From positions 3,392,001-3,456,000 of the forward strand of contig OZ245011.1 of the NCBI GenBank assembly GCA_965223665.1: 64,000 nt of DNA, in the 5' to 3' direction. A program made the translations under genes and the position numbers. The notes under the pieces are model-generated. The model did no database searches, was not told the origin of the DNA, and saw nothing but the letters and a program-made list of their open reading frames with translations. The DNA is from Nitrospinaceae bacterium. Lineage in GTDB: Bacteria > Nitrospinota > Nitrospinia > Nitrospinales > Nitrospinaceae. Below are positions 57,099-64,000 of this stretch, piece after piece (position 1 is the stretch's first letter; each line of letters begins with the position of its first letter).

Positions 57099-58737
57099 AT
57101 TAAGCGATCGAGAAAAAGAAATCCTTGCTCCTTTTTTAACGGATGTTGAGGCAAAGGTGTTCTCCCTGAAAAACCTGAACCCTGAGGTTATTGGGGCAGC
57201 TTTGGCTCGTTACAGCCGTGCCCCTACTGGGTTTAAAGAAACTGTTGCACGGGAATTTTTAAATTCTGATGGAACTCCTAATGAAGTGAAAGGGAGTGAA
57301 ATGATTGACCGCGTGGTTAACAAATTTGGCGATGAGTCTGTAGCGGAATTGGCGGTTTCACCTTTGTGTATAGAAGAAGTTTCTAACCTGATGACAAAGA
57401 TTATTGAGGATTGTCGTATTGGAGGTTCTCCAATTGAAGAGTCGACACGATATGTTCTTTACGATCAAAAACGGGATGGACGGTGGCGTTATGTAAGACC
57501 TATCAATATTATGGAATCTGGTCTGGGAAAAAAGTATGTTCAAACCATGGATTTTATTTTCGAAACTTATGCATCCATGGTGGAGCCCATGCAGGACTTG
57601 TTTAGAAAGCGATTGCCGGGTAATGATTTTAAGATTGAGGTCGACAGATCTAATGGAAGGGTTCAAGCAGGGGAGGGTGATCTTCAAAATGATAACGAAA
57701 GAAAAGCGCATCGAATTGCATACAGTTTTACCATTCGAAGTGCTGCTTGTGATGTTATTCGTTGTATTTTACCAGCATCCACCCAGGCAAATATGGGGAT
57801 TGTAGGTAATGGAAGATTTTTTTCCGGTTTGATTTCTAAATTATTGACCCAGGATTTAAGAGAAGCAAACGATCTTGCAGGAAAAATTCAGGAAGCATTA
57901 AACCACCAGATACCCACATTTATTAAACGGGCTCAAAAAAACGAATATGTCTCTAAGGTTCAAAGGGAAATGCATATTTTTTGTAGCGAATTATTTGCTT
58001 CAGAAAGTATTGATCCCTCACCGGAAGTGGAACTATTAGACGATAATCCTCAGGATTATTGGGTAAATCTTTTGGCATCCATGATTTTCCCTTACGTGCA
58101 ACACTCCTCAAACCAAATTCGCCGCGTTGTGGAAAAAATTTCAGAAGAGAAACGTAAAGAAATTTTTAGCACTTATTTAGGTGAACGTGAGACCAAGAGA
58201 GATCGTCCCGGAAGAGCTTTTGAGTATGGGTACCCGATTAATTTTGACATCATTGCCGGTTTCGCTGAATACAGAGACTTGCAAAGGCATCGAATGCTGA
58301 CCCAGCAACGACAAGATATGGGAGTTTTGCTGGGTTATTCGATTCCGGAGGAAATCAGTGAAATAGGTTTTGAAAAACAAGTGCAGGAATGTTTTGAGAA
58401 ATCAGAATTACTTTATCATGATTTGATACGTGCGGGTTTAAGGCAGGAGGCGCAATATGCTTCTTTATTTAACCATTTAATTCGCTGGAATATGGGAATG
58501 AACCTCAGGGAACTAGGGCACTTTACAGAATTAAGAACCCAAAAGGCCGGGCATCCCAAATACCGAAGGGTTTGTCAAACCATGGCTAAGGTATATTTAA
58601 AGCGTCATCCCGAAATGGAACCTGTTTTACGATATGTTGATTACCAAGACTATGACCAGGGTATCACCCGCGCCGAACAAGAAGCCAGGACAGCACGAAA
58701 AAGCTTAGCCTCGGGTGTTTTTGACGACATGGATTAG
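57076..58737 (+). CDS. thyX: Two-domain flavin-dependent thymidylate synthase (ThyX-like)
   Basis: ARYSR, FGDESVAEL, EESTRYV, RCILP; second repeat YRDLQRHR, NLREL.HF.ELR and GHP.YR. Confidence 0.8.
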   Translation: MKQKRTDKLSDREKEILAPFLTDVEAKVFSLKNLNPEVIGAALARYSRAPTGFKETVAREFLNSDGTPNEVKGSEMIDRVVNKFGDESVAELAVSPLCIEEVSNLMTKIIEDCRIGGSPIEESTRYVLYDQKRDGRWRYVRPINIMESGLGKKYVQTMDFIFETYASMVEPMQDLFRKRLPGNDFKIEVDRSNGRVQAGEGDLQNDNERKAHRIAYSFTIRSAACDVIRCILPASTQANMGIVGNGRFFSGLISKLLTQDLREANDLAGKIQEALNHQIPTFIKRAQKNEYVSKVQREMHIFCSELFASESIDPSPEVELLDDNPQDYWVNLLASMIFPYVQHSSNQIRRVVEKISEEKRKEIFSTYLGERETKRDRPGRAFEYGYPINFDIIAGFAEYRDLQRHRMLTQQRQDMGVLLGYSIPEEISEIGFEKQVQECFEKSELLYHDLIRAGLRQEAQYASLFNHLIRWNMGMNLRELGHFTELRTQKAGHPKYRRVCQTMAKVYLKRHPEMEPVLRYVDYQDYDQGITRAEQEARTARKSLASGVFDDMD

Positions 58738-59093
58738 TATTGAGAATTTATAGTCAATAAATCATCCAATAAGCTTAGAGTCCATATGATTGCAAGCCTA
58801 GGCAAAATCAGAAATAAACCTAGGGTATTAACTTTGCCATTGTTTCTTTAAAGATTATTTTTTTTCGTATTTTGGAAGTAGAGATTTTTTAAATGCGAAT
58901 AACCTGTTTAACCCACCATGCCAAAAATTTTAATTTTTTCAAATTTATAAATCGTCTCAAAACTAATTGAATACGCACTCAAAATGAGTTAACCTTTTTA
59001 ATGAGCATGATTTATTTATAAAGTCCTTTGGCGCAAACTACCCCATTAATAAAATTATTTTTACCTTAGAAAATTTTTAGGAATTTGAAAATA

Positions 59094-60023
59094 ATGAGTT
59101 TGATTCAAGTTCAAAATCTTACATTTGAATATCCTGGGCATCGGGCTTTAAATGATGTGTCATTCACCATAGAAGAGGGGACAGTGACAGCTCTTGTGGG
59201 TCCCAATGGAGCAGGTAAAACAACATTGATGAATTGTTTGGCCGCTTTAGACCAGCCTGTGTTGGGAAGAATTCAAGTAGAAGGAATTTCTGTGTTGGAT
59301 GAACCTCGAAAATGTCATGAAGTGATTGGTTACCTTCCCGATTTTTTTGGCTTATATGAAGAGCTTACTGTGGAGCAGTGTCTCGCTTATATGGCAATGG
59401 CCCAGGGAATCCCTTTATCCCAAACCGGTCAGGCAATCCAGAAAACAGCACAACGAGTACAATTACTTAAACGATTAGGACAAAAAGCAGGAGAACTTTC
59501 TCGAGGACTCCGTCAGCGATTAGCCATTGGTCAAGCTATAATACACGACCCAAAAATTATACTTCTTGATGAACCGGCCTCTGGTCTAGACCCGGAGGCG
59601 CGATTTCATCTTTCTGAGTTAATTGTGGAATTACATCAACTAGGAAAATCCTTATTGGTGTCTTCGCATATTCTTTCGGAACTAGAGGATTATTCTACTC
59701 ATATAATGGTTATTAAAGACGGAGAGTTAAAGGAACACTCCTCCATTCAGAAAAATGGAAGTTTATCAGAAAATAAAATGGTGATTACCTTGTCCCACCC
59801 AATAGACCGATTCGAAGAGTACCTTCAATCAATAGAGTCTATTCAACAATTACATATTAAACCAACTCAAGCCACATTTAAGTTTAAGGGAAATTTGGAG
59901 GACCAACATCAATTACTTCGAAAATTATTAAATATAGGTTTGCCAGTATGCTCTTTTGAAGTTCGGAATAAAAACCTTCAAGAGTCCTATCTTGAAAAAT
60001 TTGGAGGAGAGTTGCATGATTGA
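59094..60023 (+). CDS. ABC-2 type exporter ATP-binding protein
   Basis: GPNGAGKTT, LSRGLRQR, LDEPASGLDP and SSHILSEL motifs. Confidence 0.92.
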   Translation: MSLIQVQNLTFEYPGHRALNDVSFTIEEGTVTALVGPNGAGKTTLMNCLAALDQPVLGRIQVEGISVLDEPRKCHEVIGYLPDFFGLYEELTVEQCLAYMAMAQGIPLSQTGQAIQKTAQRVQLLKRLGQKAGELSRGLRQRLAIGQAIIHDPKIILLDEPASGLDPEARFHLSELIVELHQLGKSLLVSSHILSELEDYSTHIMVIKDGELKEHSSIQKNGSLSENKMVITLSHPIDRFEEYLQSIESIQQLHIKPTQATFKFKGNLEDQHQLLRKLLNIGLPVCSFEVRNKNLQESYLEKFGGELHD

Positions 60024-61419
60024 CAATCCTGAACTAAGAAAAAATATTTGGATGGAAGTCACTCGCCATCGTCTAATTTTAACCTCTGTAATTTTAGGAG
60101 TTATTTTTTATGTTGCTTTAATTTCAGAGGGAAAAGAGACCATATTGGGCGTTATTAAATTCGTTTTTTTACTTGGTGTTGTTTTTTGGGGGGGGTTGCT
60201 TGCTGAAATGTCTCTAGTTCGAGAAGTTCAAAGGAATACATGGCCACTTCAGAGAATGACTTCCATTCAACCATGGACTATGACTTGGGGAAAATTAATT
60301 GGTGGAACTATATGGGCCTGGTTTGTGGGTTTTTGGGTGTTTTTGTTTATGATCATGGTTTATGTTTTTTCACCGGATTCATTTTTCCAATCAAATAGTT
60401 CAAGTAATTGGATATTATTTCAAGGGGGATTATTCCCAGCTATTGCTTTTCTCATTGGATTAGCCATTTTGAATCACGCTCTGTGTTTGTTGATAGGGTT
60501 TGGTCCCATGCAAATGAAGTTTTTTAAATCATTGAAAGTTTGGTTTGGAGCATCTTTGGTAATTAGTGGAATAGTCATCACTAGCAAATTGGGAATATTT
60601 TTCAAATTATATGGTAGGAACATAACATTAAATTGGTACTCGTGGAACTTTCAAAGTATTTACTTTTATTTAGCAGAAATATGGTTTTTAGCTGGTTGGG
60701 CAATAATGGGTGTTTATATGCAAATGCGAAAAGAATTTCAAATGCAAAATTCACCTTGGCCCTGGATTGTATTTTTAATATTTATCTCTATTTATGTAAT
60801 GGGATTTTATGAGGGATTGATACGAATTTCTCAAGGGACCCAATATATAAGGTCATTAATGGAAAGCTCCGATTTATGGATCAATCGTTTCTACCGTGGG
60901 TGGATTGTAGTTGTTATTGCTACTTATGCGATTATTATTTGGCAACCTCCAAATCGACCAGTGTTTAACAAACTAACAGTGTATTTTCAGAAAAAAAAGT
61001 TACGTCAATTTTTTAACGAAATTCCTAGATGGATATTCTCCTTAATAATCGTCCTGTTATACTTCGTAATTATTTTTGCTTATCATATTAAGACAGGGGG
61101 TAATATTTATCTAAAGAACCAACCTGCTAATACTTTAAGTATTGTTGGGAGTATGACAGGGTTTTTAATTCGTGATCTCGGTATTATAGTCTTTTTTTGT
61201 TTATCTAAAGATCACCAAAGAGCGTTAACAACGGCAATTGTTTATTTAGCCATATTGTATTTTTTATTTCCTTTAATAGTATCTATCTTAAAAATAGAAT
61301 CCTTAAAACCTCTATTTTTGCCAGATAATAAATCCCAAATCCCGTATGCCGTTTTTGCTGCTTGGATTGAAGCAATTCTTATTTGGGTATTTGTTCGAAA
61401 AAGGTGGATTGAGGGTTGA
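60016..61419 (+). CDS. ABC-2 type exporter membrane protein
   Basis: NPELRKNIW.E and EVQRNTW..QRMT..P....WGKL.G motifs; about 12 TM segments; ATG at 60016 with GGAGGAG RBS. Confidence 0.8.
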   Translation: MIDNPELRKNIWMEVTRHRLILTSVILGVIFYVALISEGKETILGVIKFVFLLGVVFWGGLLAEMSLVREVQRNTWPLQRMTSIQPWTMTWGKLIGGTIWAWFVGFWVFLFMIMVYVFSPDSFFQSNSSSNWILFQGGLFPAIAFLIGLAILNHALCLLIGFGPMQMKFFKSLKVWFGASLVISGIVITSKLGIFFKLYGRNITLNWYSWNFQSIYFYLAEIWFLAGWAIMGVYMQMRKEFQMQNSPWPWIVFLIFISIYVMGFYEGLIRISQGTQYIRSLMESSDLWINRFYRGWIVVVIATYAIIIWQPPNRPVFNKLTVYFQKKKLRQFFNEIPRWIFSLIIVLLYFVIIFAYHIKTGGNIYLKNQPANTLSIVGSMTGFLIRDLGIIVFFCLSKDHQRALTTAIVYLAILYFLFPLIVSILKIESLKPLFLPDNKSQIPYAVFAAWIEAILIWVFVRKRWIEG

Positions 61420-61476
61420 AAATAACCCAGGATCAGAATGGAATTTTTTCTTTAGAAAATTTAGGAAAAGAATGGA

Positions 61477-62298
61477 TTAAGTGGCGAGAGCTGTAAGGCG
61501 GAGCCAACACATGCCCTTAGGGCGGTGTTCATTAATAATAAACTCCTGGTCCTGCGGAGAAGCATTTTTTAAGATTTCATATTTGTGAATAGGGATTGGA
61601 TGATCGTACACGATTTCAATTTTGTGAGTGTCTAGAAACCGTTCAATCAAAGTCTGGGTAATGCCCTCTTCTACACAATCATGAGTTTCTACTATAAGGT
61701 CAGAGTATTGCAAGGTTTTAGCTCCTTCCATATCCAGTAAACTTTTCTCACCACCTTCAATATCACAAATAATAAGGGTGTTTTTTCCTGCATGAATATT
61801 TAACTCTGTTTGCGAGCACTCACCTTTGATTTCAATTCGACTTGCCACTCCATTCATATGAGAAAGGTCCTGACAGAGTAATTGAGCTTTTTCGTTATGA
61901 TCATAAGCTAAAACTTTTAAATCAGGCATTCTATAAGCTAATCCCACTGCATAATATCCCTCAGCGCAACCAATGACGATAGCTTTTGAATAGGATTTTT
62001 TAAAAGCATCCACAAACCAGGGCTGAATTGGATGTTCATAACAACCGGTGATTTTTGGAAGAAGGCGGCTTCCATGAGCCTGGCTGAGGTACTTCATTCC
62101 TTCAAAGGGCCCATGATGAACACAGGTATTGTCATTAAATATCTTTTTTAATATGTTGGATTCACGCTGGGATCGAGTCGTTTCGAGGGCTTGAATTTTC
62201 CTTTTATATTGAGGAGTGAGTTGGTATCCATAAGACAATAGTTTATAAATATTGGGAATTGATTTCCGAAGAGACTCCTTTATTTCCTGATTATCCAT
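61477..62298 (-). CDS. Class I SAM-dependent methyltransferase-like protein (FkbM-related)
   Basis: GPFEGMKY, PK..GCYE, IGCAEGYYAVG, ICDIEGGE and VETHD motifs. Confidence 0.7.
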   Translation of the reverse strand: MDNQEIKESLRKSIPNIYKLLSYGYQLTPQYKRKIQALETTRSQRESNILKKIFNDNTCVHHGPFEGMKYLSQAHGSRLLPKITGCYEHPIQPWFVDAFKKSYSKAIVIGCAEGYYAVGLAYRMPDLKVLAYDHNEKAQLLCQDLSHMNGVASRIEIKGECSQTELNIHAGKNTLIICDIEGGEKSLLDMEGAKTLQYSDLIVETHDCVEEGITQTLIERFLDTHKIEIVYDHPIPIHKYEILKNASPQDQEFIINEHRPKGMCWLRLTALAT

Positions 62299-62322
62299 AA
62301 GCTACTGAATTATAGTTTGACT

Positions 62323-63735
62323 TTATTTAGAATTGACTTCAGCTTGATCTTGATCCGAATGTATAACCCGATTCCTACCGGATCTTTTCGCTACATATAA
62401 TCGATTATCAGCCATTTTGATCACAGAGTCCACATCTTGATTTATTTCTGAGTAATGGCTAATCCCTATACTTATGGTAACAGGAATTTTATTATCTAAA
62501 TAGGTGAAATGGTGGGTTTCGACGCTGGAACGAAGGCGTTCCGCAATTTCTTTGGCTCCAGATATGGCAGTTTCGGTTAAAAGAAGGACAAATTCTTCGC
62601 CGCCCCACCGACAAAGAAAGTCTTGTTGTCGAATAGAATTTTCCATTAATCGGCTCAAATCCACTAAAACTACGTCTCCTGCATCATGACCAAAAGTGTC
62701 ATTTATAGATTTGAAATGGTCCACATCCAATATTAAGACAGAAAATGGTCTTTTATACCGTTTAAACTGATTCAATTGTTCATCCATTTTTTCCTTACAC
62801 CCGCGACGATTGAGTAGGCCGGTTAGCGGGTCAGTTCGGACGGTTTCTTCTAACTGCTTCTTGACTCCCAGCAATTCTCTTAATGCAATGGATTTATTTT
62901 CATGAGCATTTTTTAAATCTGTAATATTTTCTACGGTAACAAATGTTATTTTACCTGATTCGTCTAACAGAAACCGAGATCTTAGCTGGGTCCACAGAAT
63001 TTCTTGGTCGGGTCTTTTAAGCCGGCATTCAATAACGATTTCTTGATCATTCTGTTTAGGTTTTTCCCAAAGATTTCGAACTTTTTCTTGATCTTCCGGG
63101 TGAATAAAATCCCACCAGGGTTTCCCTAGAATATTACAGAGCGGTTCTCCAATGAAATTTTGGAAAGTACTATTTACGTAAAGTAAAAGGTTGTCAGAAT
63201 CTACATGAAATATTCCTACCGGAGAGGATTGAATAATTTCTCGAAACCGCTTTTCTCGATTGAATAATCTATTTTCTAACGATTTTTTTGAAGTAAAATC
63301 AAGGGCAATTCCATCATAACGAATTACCTTTCCTTCACTATCCAGTGCGGGTTGTTCAAGAACCTCCAACCAAATGAGTTGGCCGCTTTTGCTTTTAATT
63401 TCTAAATTGTAGGTTACAAGTTTGTCTTTAAAGTAGGTCTCATTGCGTGTCAGCCAAACATCTTCATTTACTAAATCTTCACTTAGATAATTTTCCCAAT
63501 CATTTTTAAATTCTTCGGGAGAATACTGTAATAATTCTTCAATTTGTTCACTTACAAATGTGAATTCCCCGTACCGGTTTCTTGAAAAAAAGAAAAATTT
63601 AAACAACCCCTGGAAAAGATGTAATGTATTTGAAAAATTTTGGGGAAGATTGGTTACCGCAGAAGGAACGATTTGAGGTTTGTGCTTAGAAGAATCCTCA
63701 GATGCTGGAATTTTTGGGTTGAGAGCTTCACTCAC
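62323..63735 (-). CDS. PAS-PAS-GGDEF diguanylate cyclase
   Basis: Two PAS/PAC domains, TDPLTGLLNRR, RQQD I-site and RWGGEEF. Confidence 0.93.
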   Translation of the reverse strand: MSEALNPKIPASEDSSKHKPQIVPSAVTNLPQNFSNTLHLFQGLFKFFFFSRNRYGEFTFVSEQIEELLQYSPEEFKNDWENYLSEDLVNEDVWLTRNETYFKDKLVTYNLEIKSKSGQLIWLEVLEQPALDSEGKVIRYDGIALDFTSKKSLENRLFNREKRFREIIQSSPVGIFHVDSDNLLLYVNSTFQNFIGEPLCNILGKPWWDFIHPEDQEKVRNLWEKPKQNDQEIVIECRLKRPDQEILWTQLRSRFLLDESGKITFVTVENITDLKNAHENKSIALRELLGVKKQLEETVRTDPLTGLLNRRGCKEKMDEQLNQFKRYKRPFSVLILDVDHFKSINDTFGHDAGDVVLVDLSRLMENSIRQQDFLCRWGGEEFVLLLTETAISGAKEIAERLRSSVETHHFTYLDNKIPVTISIGISHYSEINQDVDSVIKMADNRLYVAKRSGRNRVIHSDQDQAEVNSK

Positions 63736-64000
63736 GGCTTTGATCCGAAACCAGTGTTAATTTATAGTACCCAGGAGAAGGAAGGAAAACTCAGCAAGGT
63801 TCCTTTGGTTTAAACTTTAAAATTAAAATTATCAATAAGTTGCGATTAAATCGTCAGGCCCTTTGTTTAAAAGGGTTTTGATGACCCAAGCGGCTGAATT
63901 TCAAGAGAGGAATTATAGGCCATTTATTATAATTATCCAAATTTTTGTTAGGATCTTGCAATGGTTTAGGGTGTTTTAGCCAAAGAAATCTAATTATCTA

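Noticed and set aside
58735-58850. Open minus-strand frame (NGKVNTLGLFLILPRL...) in the thyX-ABC gap
   Set aside because: In-frame stop immediately upstream and no credible start or RBS.
63736-64000. Possible c-di-GMP riboswitch upstream of the PAS-GGDEF gene (CCTAAACCATTGCA on the minus strand; hairpin at 63859-63875)
   Set aside because: The conserved GGCAAAC...GAAA...GACGCAAAG core of class I is absent; only a short coincidental match.
1-64000. CRISPR arrays, tRNA/rRNA genes, IS elements, prophage or defence genes
   Set aside because: No spaced direct repeats, cloverleaf/T-loop motifs, or transposase, integrase, phage or defence-type ORFs recognised by eye; not checked computationally.

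Overview
AT-rich, gene-dense bacterial chromosomal region. No rRNA, tRNA, CRISPR array, integrase or transposase is recognisable. Gene content and style tentatively suggest a marine Nitrospinota or deltaproteobacteria-like organism (inference only). In order, the window holds: the end of a pstSCAB-phoU operon; ybbP/ybbA/tesA; a radical SAM plus CDP-alcohol transferase pair; a three-gene operon encoding a circularly permuted ATP-grasp ligase, a glutaredoxin and a lysine 2,3-aminomutase; a sigma54-driven flagellar operon flgC-fliFGHIJ-motE lacking flgB and fliE; a TPR/sensor kinase/sigma54-activator operon; a c-di-GMP cluster (GAF-GGDEF, HDOD, HD-GYP); a PncA-PncB fusion; surface-glycan genes including a frameshifted O-antigen ligase and a split CapF/WbjC-like pair; housekeeping genes (trxA, bioB, aroA, two-domain thyX); an ABC exporter; and a PAS-GGDEF gene. 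The best candidate for an undescribed system is the ATP-grasp/glutaredoxin/KamA operon (15428-18240), a possible beta-lysine-containing peptide or thiol pathway. Also notable are three near-consensus sigma54 promoters, two with paired FleQ-like boxes at almost identical spacing.
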